Shown here one piece after another: positions 35,313-49,181 of a stretch of DNA of 64,000 nt (positions are counted from its first letter, which is position 1; the number at the start of each line of letters is the position of its first letter). The position numbers were made by a program, and so were the translations under genes. Origin of the DNA: Schizochytrium sp. TIO01 (taxonomy: Eukaryota; Protista; Bigyra: Labyrinthulomycetes); assembly GCA_004764695.1 (NCBI GenBank), contig SMSO01000014.1, positions 3,653,648 to 3,717,647 of the forward strand. The letters run 5' to 3'. The notes beneath the pieces were generated by a model, which ran no database searches, was not told the DNA's origin, and saw only the letters and a program-made list of their open reading frames with translations.

Positions 35313-37773
35313 CTAGAAGCGTGTGTGCGAGGTGATGGGTGATACGTGAGATGCCATTGAAGACACAGACTCATTTGAGGAAGCGTTGACAGAAGAATGA
35401 GAGCTGTCGGGAGCAACACTGCTAGTATACTGATGTGTATAATGCATATGGGGAGGGTGCCGAGCTGAATTATTATTATTCATGTCCTTATTCGCGTGGT
35501 GTGCGTTATTGTGAGCATGCAGTTGGACTTGCTGCAATTCTGCCTCGCGATAATGCGAGATGAGACCCTGGATGCAGGAGGCAAACTCTAGCTCTAGTTT
35601 GATTGAATCAAAGCCTCCACCCACGAAACAATCTTCAAGAATTGTCTGGGAGTTAATGAGGCCGTGCAATACAGCGAAAGTAAAAGCTGCAAGGAGAGCA
35701 GCATAAACGTAGGTTCTCTCAAAACTGTCTGAGGTTTCCTGCAGCGAAGCCACCCACCCAAAGTATGGCCAAAGCATATAGGGCAAAACAAAGATGTAAA
35801 CTCGACCAAAAGAGCGAATACTCTGAGGAGTTCGGTACGTTTTAGACACGCGAAGCTCTTCGATACGCTGCTGGTGAAACCAGTGGTATTGGTGAATACG
35901 AGACGCCTCGCCTGAAGGGAATCCAGCCGATTTGAGAATTTCAGTGTGGCGCCCAATTCTGGCATACATACGGTTTAGATTCTTCACAAGCTCGTTCTGC
36001 AAAGCATGGACTCGCTTTGTCTCCTTGCGGTAGTTGGGGAACACTTGATGACGGCCATGACCTACTGTTGGCATGGAAAGAAACTTGAAGACAAGCTGAA
36101 CGAGCTCAATATGATCATCTAGAACAAGTTTGTTGAATCCTCGCGGCAGCAAAGACCTGCCTGTGTAACGCTGGGGATGGAGGGGGTGGGGCCATTCCCA
36201 TGTAAGTGTGCATAAGCAACTCTGCATCACCAAGGCCCGAAAATCAGCAAGGTAGACAAGGGCGCGCTCGCGACGCGTATAGGCAAGCGTTATTGCTGCT
36301 GATAAGGGCTGTGTATCGATCCATGAAATACAAACAATAAAAGCCGCACAAACTTGCGAAATGTTAGTCTTGCTTGATCAAAGTCTTGCTGGTCCATCTT
36401 ACTTTCCGGACAGATTCATCTCCGTTTAATTTTCTTGCTCTCCTTGTTCCTTTTCCATTTTTCTTTTCTTCGAGTATATTCCCCTTGCTCTTGTGTACAG
36501 ACTCTTCAAGGCCTATCCCCAGTAGCGATTTTGCTTTGCGCGACAAATCTCATTCAGATTGAGCTGTAGGCAACTTCAAAATATCAACGAATCACCCTTT
36601 TCATCATAAATCACTAATCCTAGAATAAAAACTTACAAAGATGACCGCAAAGCCGAGGAAACTAAAATCGAGTTTTACCGCAAACACGTACTCTGTATCA
36701 TCCTCCATAAATACCATCATGCCATATGTAGCTGCAAATGCGTTCATAACAACTAGTAAGGTGTCCAATGTGAAGGTATAGCGCACATAAATAGCTAGTG
36801 ACGCGATCAGGTCTACTAGCGCAAGACGAGCATGATCGTACATAACGCTAAAGACACCTTGAGACGCACGTGAAGTTTTCTGCACTTCAATCTCCTCGTT
36901 GACAAGGTACTTTGCGCACTCTTCAAGGCTTGGTGCTTCTAGTCCTGGAGGATTAAGTTCAGCCCACTCGATCTCATTCGCCCCATCGAGGTGTCTTGTG
37001 GAGGACCTAAGGAAAAAGTTATACATTGATGGAGAAGAAGATTTGTTGCTGCGTCGTGAGCGGCTCGAGCTCTTCGGGTTACGCGTTCTTGATCTCGATT
37101 CACGATACTCTGTATTCACGTACAGAGGCGGAGCTGCCGAGGATATCTCATTAAATGATCTCTCGCTAGGTGCTGGAGTAGAGAATATGTCCTCGCCAGA
37201 CGCCAGCGGAGCGACATTCGTGCTTCCATCGATCTTCTGATTCGCATCCGAAGCTTGAAGCCCAGAAGGGTCTTCGGCAGGATCTTCTGCACCTTCTGTT
37301 TGTTCTGGCAAAACTGTGATAGAAACAGGTGGTGCCATTTTGGATGATTCCACGGAGTCCGCATTTTCAGTACTCACATTACCGCCATCTGTTCTTGCTC
37401 TTGCTGAAGATGAAGATGAAGATGAAGACGATGACGATGACGACGATGACGATGCTAGCGTAGGCGCTGCTGCACTTGCAGAGGGTGGAAGAAATGTCGC
37501 TGGCTGTGCGAGTGGAGCAGAGTTGCCTGCGTCCCGAGCATCTTCTGTAGTTTGCTGTTGCTCCATGTCAGGCTCCACTGCCTCAAACGCAGTGTGTGCG
37601 AGCTCCGGTCGCACAAAGATGCTCCTCGCCGACACGAATGAGGACGCCGAAGAGGTTGACCTCGCGTCCTCGCCACCACGAGCTCCGTTCCCAAACTGCA
37701 ACCGCCACTCTTCGAGCGCCGGAATTGCTTTGCCCAGAAACTCCATCTCGTCGGCCTCCAAGTCCTCTTCCAC
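35313..37773 (-). CDS. Bestrophin-like membrane protein with long disordered N-terminus (exons ~37773-36637, 36308-35313)
   Basis: A phase-0 intron 36636-36309 (GTAAGT..ACAG) joins FAVIF|PLSAAITLAYTRRERAL. YRTPQSIR, LPY..WPYF and LEDCF..D segments and the TM pattern resemble protist bestrophin-like proteins. True start uncertain. Confidence 0.72.
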
Positions 37774-40700
37774 CTGGTCCCCTAGAACCGGACTCCTACC
37801 AGGTCCTACCCCTAACCTCTAAGATAAAGGGGTCCCCCAGTTACTCCAATATCGATCAGTTTCTCGACAGATGAGCAATTTACAAGTCAATCGGCCGACC
37901 GAAAGTAATTTTCAATCAGTTCTGAGCCTTCTCTGGAAGACCGAGGAGCCGACGAGGCGGCTCTGAGTATTTATTTATATGTGCGCGTATCTATGCGTTG
38001 CCTCGATGCGAAGACCGCGTGGTAAATCCAGGCTCCTGGAGAGATTGAAGCTATCGTCGCAATTGTCAATGAATTGGTGAGTTTTAGCTCTCCAAGTGTA
38101 CTTTGGGAAAAAGTTTTAATTTGGTTGTTTGTTTCCTTTAAGAAAGGTGATGATTGTGAATATGTATGAATGTATGTATAGCCTGGTCCCTCAATCGACC
38201 AATGTTCGTTTGGAGTTGAGGGGTCTGGCGTTGAACGGACGCAGGCAAAGGAGGGGCAAGCACGAAGGGAGGGGTGCGCGGGAGTCCTCTGCGTTGCGGG
38301 TCTGCAGCACCAAACCTGAAGGAATGAATGAACGAACTTGAACTCGATGACCGAGAGAGATCATCGAAGCCACCCTACGGAGCGCGCAATCGTGTTGGCC
38401 TTTTTCTCTGTGACCTACTCCTACAAATACGCCTATCCCATGCCTAGCCATGGATTTTTTATCTGTTCATCTGACCTCTTTTTCTTGACCTAGCACATCC
38501 ATAGGTACTACTACTATCTGTTTATTTATTTTTTACTGTTTCTTTTTTTTTTTCTTTTTTTAAATAAAATTCAGAAATAACTTTAAAAGTTCTATCATGT
38601 GTGATCAAATTAGCTTTCTTTGTCCGCGTATAGGACAAGGAAACGGAACGAACTGATAGAAGGTCATGCACAGCCTCGAGGGAACCGCGGCGAAGCCAAC
38701 AGACACACGGAGAAAAGACACCGAGCAGACGACTAAGCTGGCCGTCACGATCTCTGGAAGCATGATATGATTCCTCCTCTACATGAGGAGAGTCCGCAAT
38801 TTCTCACCACTGGCTCAGTGCGTACACACTGTTATTGTCCCTTGAAGATCAGAGAAGAACGTGGACCTTGGCTGTCACGGTAGATCCTAACGGAGCACAG
38901 GAGTGCTCTGGTGCTGCCCAAAGACCCTGGAGTCGGCGTGGATGGCACATTTTAGCGACCACGGCTCCGCTCGTGTGTTTGAAGCGATGCTGTGGCTGTG
39001 CAAACGAAGGATGGCCAGAATTACAGAAGTTTAGAGCTGCGGCCACCCTACAGAGATAGGACGTTATATAGCCTATACAATAGCAGTTGCGGGTTACTGG
39101 AGGAAGTTCGAGTTCCTCTTCTTCGTTCTGTTCTTTTGGTACAAAGTATTAAGGTTTGGCGTCTGTTCTTTGTTTGGGCGTAGGGTGGCGCGGTCTTTCG
39201 TGATCCTGGAACATGGCCGAACACAAATCCAAACATTCCACGACTCGCAAGAACAATTCGGTCTCTGCGGTTGCAGACTCCCTCCGTTGAAGACTCCAGC
39301 GACAGCGCGAAGGGCTCCCAGGACCTGGAGGCGAATGGTTGAAAAAATGCAAACTTGCTCGGAGCAGGTAAAGCGCTCGATCTTGGTGCTGGCGGTCGAC
39401 AACACACATTGAGCGTGGAAAGAAAGGCGAAGCTCGAGGCGCAGGTAAATCCATCCTACGCACATGAAGAAGCGCTCCAAGTAAGCAGTTTAGTTTTAGT
39501 TGGGGGGGGGGGAATAACGTGACTCAAACGAGAGGAGAGTTCCTCAGAAGGCAAGCGCACGCCCCAGAAAACGCATTGAAAAAGAGGCACTAAGAAGGGC
39601 AACCGCACTGCATTGCATTGCATTGCATTGCATTGCATTGCACTGCGCTGCACGGGGAGGGGAAGTCGGAAGAACATGAGAAGTGGGCCATTCATTATGA
39701 AGCCTCAAACTTATTTCTTAAATGAAGCAGCAACCGACCGAAACTTTCAAGGGGCCGCCCCAAAAGTACTTCAAAGAATTCTGGGATTATTTTAATTAAA
39801 CGTAATCATGTACATGCTGGGATTGAAAGATCGGTTTAAGGTGTAGTAGTGCAGCGTAAGAGAAAACGATAGTTCTGGTAGGGTGGGATAGAACCTCGAT
39901 GCAGCTGTTTGCAATACAATAAATATCTGATCAAAAATTTGAAGACTTAGGGGAGTGAAAAGTAAAGCGACATGGTGGATGAAATTTACCGGTTAAGCAA
40001 ATACGTTTCGCGATACAACGAAGATTACAACGATACATTTACCTCCAGTTTTCGAGGGATTCTAATTTGGAGCACGATCTTACCCTCTAAGGATACGTCT
40101 AAACGTCATCTAAATTTATGATCCTTCCTTCAAACGTCACCGAGCTAGACTGTAATATAGATGCCTCTATTTTACGTCTTCATCATGCAACCTTATTGAA
40201 TATCCAGTTACAAGTTTTCCTAGAATGGTTTTCTGAAATTTCCTTCGGGGAGACTTAAACCTCTCGCGCAAATTTATTAGAAATGCTATTGTCGAACGTA
40301 ATTATGTTCATCCTGATTGACAAACTCGATCAACTCAGCTTCTAAAATTGTGCCAGAACGACAGATTAACCAGGACACTTATCCTGCAAATATCTCTTCC
40401 TCGTTAAAATGATTGGCTCATAGTTTGAATCGAGCGAACCCTCACTTTCGTCGTTTACTTTATTGCTTAGGAACTGGGAGGGTTTTCAGAAAAGATTGAT
40501 TTCAGGAAAGATCGCGAGCTGCAGGCCACAAGTTGGACTAAATAAAAATCTTAAAGCTATCGAGTATGCTGCTGAAGTTACCCTAGCGACATTTTAAAAA
40601 TCGTGGACAGCGCTCTTCAAGACAATGTCGCTGTGTGGATTTCCTTTGGAGATCTTTTGGGGTCAACGATTCATTCTTGCTACTATATATATAATGATGT

Positions 40701-42582
40701 TCAAGGATGGCAAAATTTCACAAAGGTCTAGTCCTTTTCTGAAGCTTATACATCAATATCACAAAGACAACTCAACTGCAATAATTTCTACCATGCAATT
40801 AATTTTCACGTCAACGTCAACGTATCAAATCTGTGTCACTGTTTGAACTACGGCACAACATATATTCTCAAGAGTCCAGAATCATATTAGAACTAAAAAA
40901 GTTGTGTTCCCTTTCACATGACGTATGGAGTGGATGGAAGAGCAGACGTTGAGCAAAGATCCTCATAAAGTGATTGATGCAGGTTGGTATGGCTCCAAGC
41001 TTGGGTCAAACTGCAAACATGCTCCTCCAAACTGTAATACATATTTCATGATATAATCAGTAAAGAAGCGCGGTCCAGCTCATCGCGCAGGTTTTCTGTT
41101 CTCGCAGACTGCGAGACTTGGCACGATGGCAGAAACCGCGCAAACCATGAAATCGAGCCGACAAGGCATGTTTGCACACACGCACAAGGCTTGGTGCTCG
41201 TTGCGACCCTGCTGACAATGTCTGGTGCTGCTTGCAAATACTGGGCGAATATCATCATGAAAATACTCAAACCAACCTGTTTACTTGACTGCATTTTTTT
41301 GTTTGAGCTTATTCAACAAAAGTGAGTAGCAAACCAGGCATCAGCCAGGTTGAAAACGAAGCATAAAGCATTGACTTACAGACCCGCATTATAAAACGCT
41401 TTGAATAGGACAGTTAGCTTAGGTCAATCCGAAAGTTCTTTCACTTTTCTTTCCTTTCGTGTGAAACTCTCTACTCAGCAAATAATTGACGCGCAGGGCG
41501 TGACAGACGGTGGAGATACAGCCCAAGTGACTCTGCCAAACTGGCCAACCTCTCAGTCCATTGCAGAGCTTTAAAAGTTGGACAAGCTTTCGCCATTAAC
41601 TAGCTAGCTATCTAGCATCATTCTTCAAGGCTAACAAGAGATCCACAGATGGTTCATGAATCGCGAATAAATTTCATAGGGTGGCGTCAGAATGTCACGA
41701 CTCCGAAAACACTCAACGTCATCGTGACAGCGAGATCATGATCAAACCTTCCTACTGATACTAATGCTAGGTAGTGGGTACCTAATTTGTTTGTTCTTCA
41801 TTTCGCCTTCAATCAAGTTCCTCACTTTGCTTTTTGTCAATTTGCTTCGATCATTTTTGCTGCCCACGAGACTTTTCTTCATAGGGTGGCTTCTTCGCGT
41901 CTGTCGAATTAGCATAGGGAGGTACTCCTTAGGGTTTTTCATAGCAACGTGTATAGCTTTCAGGCAGTACATAGAGTAGAAGGTAGGTACCCAGGGAGGT
42001 ATTCATTCATATTAGCTTTCATTTACGGATCTCTCCAGGCCAAGCGCAGAAGACGATCCCTGAAGTCCATCTTCCCAGCAGCATCGGACCAGCCGTTACC
42101 ATCGCAATCATGCAGCATGCCAATGTTGTTTTATTGAATTAAGGCAAACGCAACTAGTACTATTGAAATAATTGGACCAACTTTGAGATGATCTCTCCTT
42201 ATACGATCTTGCTACTAGGCCAGGTTCCCGGCATTACCCGTTCCTTCCAATAGCAAAAGTGAACAGATGATTGTAGAAACGTTCTGTTCTCAAAGTAGTT
42301 TTCTGGTGTGCTAAAAGAGGAACGTTCGTTCTTTTTAATGTTCTGTTGGCGAGTGGCGGTAGAGTATCGTGCACGAAAACAAATGAATGGTAATTGGACA
42401 GGTTAGGGTACCCAATACTTCGGCGCATCGAAGTATCATAAATAGGTCTTAGGAGATATTAAGCGCCGAAGTATCGCTGGCGAGGAGGCGTCGGAGAGCG
42501 ATGTAGAGCAGTGGAGCGATGGCAAAGCAGAATTGGAGCAGACTTGAGAAGTTATCTCTAGCAACACCCAAGACTTATCAAG

Positions 42583-44793
42583 ATGGCTGGCACGTAAGTG
42601 ATTTCGCGAGAGGAGAGGAGACGAGACGAGAAGAGGCGGAGCAGCACCAGCACTAGCAGCACGACGCAAGGAACACCCACGATATCATCGCGGAGTTCTT
42701 GCTTATCCAAGTGTCGCTGCGCATCATCATCTGTGGTTTGATCGAGTTACCACCAAGATTGACAATCAAGGAGGGCCAATCGAACTCAGAACATGGTGCT
42801 TTGCAAGGTGCGAAGGTGTACAAGCCTGCCTGTGCTGCTCCTACCTTCCAGTAGGTCGAGTGAATAGGTTGAGAAAAGCGCAATTATCCGGTTTAGAGCG
42901 ATGCGGGTTTTTGAAACCATGGCAGTCAAAGCTGCGGTGACTATTATTGTGTTACATGACATGTTGAGCACTTGTTTGTTATTCTGTTCTGATGTCATAG
43001 GATGTGTCTGAAGTGTCCTGTCCTTTATGCCTAGTACACATGCTGTATTTATAGGCCTGCAGGGCAGGTGCCTTGACTAACCAGCGAGACGCGAATAATG
43101 GTGGTGGGGATTGATGGCAAAAGTCATGAGAGTCTACTATGTGGTGTTCCTATGAACCCATGTTGCTCTTTCGAAGTTAGTCCAACCTTTGTTGTTGGGT
43201 GACATTTTTGCTTCAATGGATTACTTGCCCAAGGTGAACGGAGCAACCTGTTATTACTCAGGTTTGACCAATTCTTGTGGTTCAAGTGAGGCCAACCTTC
43301 ACAGTAACTCATTTAATGCGCCTGGATGGGCATTGTGTTTGGTTCATCATGAAGGTGAACGAACCGCCCAGTCCTCGTGCCCAAAGACGGAGCCTGTATT
43401 GCACTTTTTTGATCGCTTGATCATAATCGCTTTACCAGTGCTCGCGGCAGTTGCACAATTTTGGTACTTCTCAACAACCAGCTTGTCCGCTTGTATAGGG
43501 TGGACAGCATTGTTTTGAATGCTGTGTAACACGGACCGCTCTCCGGCCATCGCCCAAAGTTTAATCAACTTTGGTTTGATCCGGGTCTAAATTGTCCCTT
43601 GGCGATTGTACTTTTCGAATTTAATGATGTGATGCCTTTTAAATGGCAAGTTGCTGTCATTTAATTGTCATTCTTTATTGTTCTTCTGAATGGTACGCCA
43701 GCTTTGTCTATGCAGTAAATGCGTGGACTGGGATTAAAGTTGAATCTTTCGGAGCATGACGTTGTCGTCCTGCGATTTATGTTGCTCAAGTTTTATTTTT
43801 TTTCTTGAGTGAACTGATCTTTTAAAACACATTAGTAGCTTAAGCCGCATTCGTCTCCAACGGTGTTCATATGTGTGCATTCTGAATTCTCGATCAATTT
43901 AAGGCTGGAGCTCTTTGTTATTGGTATACACTGGTTTCAATGGGTTTAAGAGCGTTAAACTTTTGTTTTTGAGTTCACGAGTCACTTGATATGATCAGCG
44001 TGAGAGTTTTCCAACCAGAAAAAGAGTGCACCGGTAAGCGAACAGTTGAACTGACTCAGTTGAATTTGTTATTTGTAAATTTAGTGTTCCCGAGTCCGTG
44101 CTCAAGCAGCGCGCCACCCTCGCTGAGCGTCAGGCTAAGCGTGAGGAGGAGCGCAAGGCCCGTGGCGTCGCCGCCAAGGAGCGCAAGGAGAAGGCCTTCA
44201 AGCGCGCTGAGGACTACATCAAGGAGTACAACAACGAGCGCAACGAACTTGTCCGCATGCGCCGTGCCGCCAAGAAGGCTGGCAACATCTTTGTTGAGCC
44301 TGAGCCCAAGGTCTTCGTTGTCACCCGTGTCCGCGGTATCATCGGCAACTCCCCCAAGGTCCGCAAGATTCTGCAGCTCCTCCGTCTTCGCCAGATCCAC
44401 AACACCGTCTTCGTCAAGGTGAACAAGGCCTCCATCAACATGCTCCGCCTTGTTGAGCCCTACGTCGCCTACGGTGAGCCTACCCTCAAGACCGTGAAGC
44501 AGCTTATCTACAAGCGCGGTTTCGCCAAGGTCCAGAAGAACCGTCTTGCCATCAAGGACAACGCTATTATTGAGGAGAACCTCGGCTCCAAGGACATCAT
44601 CTGTGCTGAGGATCTTGTCCACGAGATCTACACTTGCGGCCCCCACTTCAAGGAGGCCTCCAACTTCCTCTGGCCCTTCAAGCTCTCTGCCCCCAAGGGT
44701 GGCTTCAAGAAGAAGCTCAACCACTTCAACGAGGGTGGTGATGCCGGTAACCGTGGTGTCCACATCAACGAGCTCATCCAGCGCATGATCTAA
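42583..44793 (+). CDS. RPL7: 60S ribosomal protein L7 (uL30) (exons 42583-42593, 44085-44793)
   Basis: ATGGCTGGCAC|GTAAGT spliced to TTAG|TGTTCCCGAG gives MAGTVPESVLK. Motifs [25 protein letters not shown] and NFLWPFKL; extreme codon bias. Confidence 0.97.
42594..44084 (+). other. RPL7 intron 1 (1491 bp)
   Basis: GTAAGT donor, ACTGAC branch at ~44050 and TTAG acceptor; phase 2 restores the Thr codon. Confidence 0.85.
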
Positions 44794-45599
44794 GTTCCAT
44801 TTTGGTTATCTGTTGGTGTTTCCTTTCTTTGTTTCTATTTTTTGCTACTCCTGATCGATCAGATTCTATTTCTATTTCTGTGCTCGCTTACTTTTTAACA
44901 TTGGTCGGTGCTGTTATGTGCTTGAATAGTTCTCCCCAGCGTTATGCACTCCACTTTTAGAAACTGCTTGTCTTGTTTGTGTTGTTCCTGTTGCCGCTTG
45001 CTGCTGCTTGTCATTCTTTTGATTTGGTACTTTTGGTGGTGCATTCTTAGTGTTATGGTTTGTGATCGCTTAGTATTGTACTTTTCAAGGTTTTTCCGTT
45101 TGTTTCCCATTTTTTTTGAAGTGCTTATGGACATTGGTCAAGCTTTTGCTTATGTCATGAGAATGCCAGAATTCGATAGGTATTAAGTACTTTGTATCTA
45201 TTTTTTAAATCATTGAAGCTTGGCTCGGAGTGTTGTGAAGTAAGCACGTTTGTAGAATATGAAGCGGGTTCTTGCTGTTGAGGTTACTTAAATCTGAAAG
45301 GATGTTGCTCTATCCAGATGACAATTTCAATCTGTTAAATTCTTAGTTTCTGTCAATGTACCTAGAAGTTAGGGCGTTTCATCTACTGCGAGAAACCCTC
45401 AAGTTGCACTGTTTTGGATCCTAACGGAGGCTGTCCCTCTAAGTCTTGGCCTTTTGTTATTATAATTGTAATATAGACGTAATGGTTAATACTATCTATT
45501 ACTAGTCTTGGCATCAATAGGCTAGTGCATTATAGCCACCCACGCTCATGCCACAGCAAGTGCAGAATCTAGCTCAAGCAAAGTATACTCAGGGCGACA

Positions 45600-47908
45600 A
45601 TGTCGTGGAACAACGACCACGAAGCACCACCAGCGCCTCTGGCGTGCGGTATCCACCTCCGCTTCTCTGCAGACATTACTGCTTCCTTGCAGCAGGTAGG
45701 TATCGAAAGATTGAGGATGCAGTTGCTGCACGCAAATTGCAGTAGCTAAACGAAAAAGACAGGAAGAACGTCCTGTCTCAAGACCAGCTCAGTGCTATTA
45801 ATGATGTAGTGCCATTACTTTGAATGTCCAGTGAAGATTCCTGTTGCGGTAAAGTTCTATGACTAACGAGAGAAGGGTGATCTTATTGCATGGTGATGAA
45901 TTAAATTATGTGCTGGAAATGTAACACAGTATGTGTACAATGGGGCATTTGCGTACATTATGACCCCGCTGGTGCACCCGCGCCTGAGGCGAGACACGGC
46001 GCAAATGTCTGATCACCGCGAGAAACCGCTTACGCGTAAGTTGAGCAATGAAGCCTCGAATGAGCATGAAGATTACGATAAAAAATGGAAATTAACGAAA
46101 CCATGGTTTTGAGGCGGTTTGCTCTTATCTTCAATTCCTCATGGATAACTCGGTGATGCCATTGTGATTGCACCAATATAGGCTCGGATTTGATTGTGGA
46201 TAGCTCAACGTGGAACAATGTGGTCGTAGGTGAGCTGTCTCGGTGGATTAATCTTGATGCTGATGACGCCCAGATTCGACTTTCGAGCGAAAAAGCACTG
46301 AAGCAAGAGATGCAGTGGGCTTCTCACCTCAACCTTGCCGCTTTGGTGGCACCTTGTCCATCAAAGAACTGCTTGAATTATGCGAACGCAATTCAACGTG
46401 TTACCACAGGCAATCCTCGCGTAAACTTGTGGATGAACGTCCCGATGAGCGGTCTGAATAGTGGTGCTGATGGTGATAGCGAAGCCGAGTCTCCATGGAC
46501 CGCCTGGAACAAGCTCCGTGTTCTTTGCAACAATACAAACTCCATTGGTGTTCTATTGGAGGTTTCTAGCAACCTGCCGAGCCAAGCTGAACAGGATCGT
46601 TGGTTCTCTGAACCCGTTAAGGCTGCTCTTATCTCTACCAGTATCTTCATGACCAACGCCAAGGGCTACCCTGTTCTTCCTCCGTCTCACCAAAAGCTGT
46701 TGGTTCGCATGCACTTGCACAACATTCAATTTATTTTGAGTGGGCGCCCACGCCATGCTGATGGTCTTGCTCCTTACTATTTGTACCTAGACCATCTCAC
46801 AAAGCGTGCTCCTGCCCCATCTGTCAAGGATGAATTTGAGGCACCTTTTTATGATTGCTTGCAGACCCCATTGCAGCCACTCATGGACCACTTGGAGTCG
46901 CAGATGTACGAAACTTTCGAAAAAGATCCTGTTAAGTACGAGCGCTACGAAAAGGCTGTGTACGAGGCGCTTTGCGATACTCCTATTGAGAAGGTGTCTG
47001 TTGTGATGGTTGTTGGCGCAGGGCGTGGCCCTCTTGTTCGTGCATCCCTCCGTGCTGCAGAAGCTGCACAACGCAAGGTTCGTATGTTTGCCGTGGAAAA
47101 GAACCCCAATGCTGTAATCACTTTGCGTAACATGAAGGAAATGCTGGGTTGGGGTGATACCGTTACTATTGTGCACACTGACATGCGCTATTGGGAGGCA
47201 CCGGAGCAAGCTGATATATTGGTTAGTGAGCTTCTCGGCTCTTGGGGTGATAATGAATTGTCGCCGGAGTGCCTTGATGGCGCTGAGAAATTCCTGAAAC
47301 AGGATGGTATTTCTATCCCTTGTGAATACACATCCTTTGTTGCTCCTATTTCAACACCAAAACTTTGGAGCGATTGTAAGAGTTTTGATGATCCCAAGTA
47401 CTTTGAGACGATGTATGTGGTTAAGCTGCATAACTTTACCGAGTTTGATGAGCCAAAGCCTGTGTTCACATTTGCCCACCCATCGTGGCACAAGGGAGTA
47501 GACCCTTTGACCAATCAAGAACGCTTTGAAGGAGACAAGATTGTCATGCCAAACCTTGTGGATGGCCAGATCGACAATACACGGTACTCTACCTTAACCT
47601 TCAAGGCTCGCCATGGAGGTCTGTTCCACGGATTTGTTGGTTACTTTGAGGCCAAATTGTACAAGGATGTGACCATTTCCATTAACCCTGCCACCTTTAG
47701 CGATGGTATGTTCTCCTGGTTCCCTATTTACATCCCAATTCGCACGCCGCAGCTGGTTAGCGAAGGAGATGCTATCCGTGTGGCATTCTGGCGTCACTGC
47801 AACCCTACACAGGTTTGGTATGAGTGGGCGATGGATGCTCCGCATCCAACACCCATCCACAACGTGAACGGCGTCTCCGCTCCTATCAAGCTCACTTCTG
47901 AGAGCTAA
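45600..47908 (+). CDS. PRMT5: Protein arginine N-methyltransferase 5 (exons 45600-45695, 45930-46035, 46182-47908)
   Basis: Two GT-AG introns give an in-frame MSWNN..ACGIHL..PLVHPR..PLTRSDL N-terminus. Motifs PLQPLMDHLES, YETFEKDPVKY, VVGAGRGPLV, VSELLGSWGDNELSPECLDG and MFSWFP. Confidence 0.97.
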
Positions 47909-49181
47909 AGCACCGTACTTTTCTTCTTCTCTCTTTGATCAAAGAGTCTTGCTTTATAACAAATGATGAAAACTTGGAGTTCTTTCTGTTCTTTTGGTTT
48001 GCTTCTTGTTGTGACTCCTTTAGGCTCAACTATTTTACTTGAAGGAAAGATTCCCATGTTGATATAGCTATGAGACCTTTATCGTTGCTTCTTAATTCTA
48101 GCTTGTGGCCTCACAGTAGTCACTGTGGCAAGTACTCATGCAACAATGATAGTTTTTCCATTTGTTTAGGTAACCAATGCGTCTGACCCAATGGTTTAAT
48201 AGGTGCCTGTCTCATGTGGGTTATATGGCACATGCCATTATGATGGGTGTTAAACCTAAGCATTTAATACAGAAAGAAAGAATAAACAAGGGCTTATTAT
48301 TCATGTATTGGAAACATCTGACCAGGATGAGTAATGACTACTAATTTGAGCATCCCACTGTACACATGACTGTGCTATGCTCGCCATCCAAACCATAGTA
48401 TTCCTTTGGTGAGACACGAAGTAACCTATGCAAAAGATAGAATTACGATAAGATCTTCTGAGTTTAGACACCCAAGATGGAGCTAAAGTCGCCATAGGGC
48501 TCCTAGCTATTTAAATCTCTAAGCCTCCGTTGCACTCCCCCCGAATGCACTACGAAAACACACCTTGAAAGAACCTCAACTTGCGACTAAAACCGTCACT
48601 CTCGGCGATTGTGCTCAGCATAAGCCGCCACGAAACTTTTGAAGAGCAACTGCAAACTAGTTGGCAACTTTCCAAGTTATACAGGTTCTGATCGCGACGA
48701 TTGTTATACACCACGGGGAGTCGGGTGGAACATAGAAAGAGCCTCATCGAAAGACGTATCTGAAACCCAGGATATCATGAACCCCGAAGATCCGTAATAT
48801 CATGAACAACCAAAAGGATATTATTTGCTTAGGCTTAGTCATTGAACATTTATTTTCATTTTACTCTCTCTGTCTCCTTCTGCTTTTTGATTACGTCCGC
48901 AGCGGCCGCTTTAAAAAAGCAGGCCCAAGCAAGGCTCTTCAGCCTTCATGGGAAGCAAAACCATCTGGCGTGGCCCGGTTAGTTGAGGCTGAGGCAGTCA
49001 GTTGACCTCCAACTTGGATCTAGACTCACTCGCTTACAAGTTTGAGACTTGGAGTTGAGTTTAAGTTTGAGTTTGACTTCTTCGACGACAACGGAGTCAA
49101 ATCCACAATCGAAGTCGCTGCACAGGGCTCTTGCGGCTCCAAGCTTGGGTCGAACTTAGTCCTGACACCTTCTTAGGGAGA

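Noticed and set aside
44056-44763. Long antisense ORFs over RPL7 (also over the EEP, dioxygenase and TPR genes)
   Set aside because: Shadow ORFs caused by strong codon bias on the sense strand.
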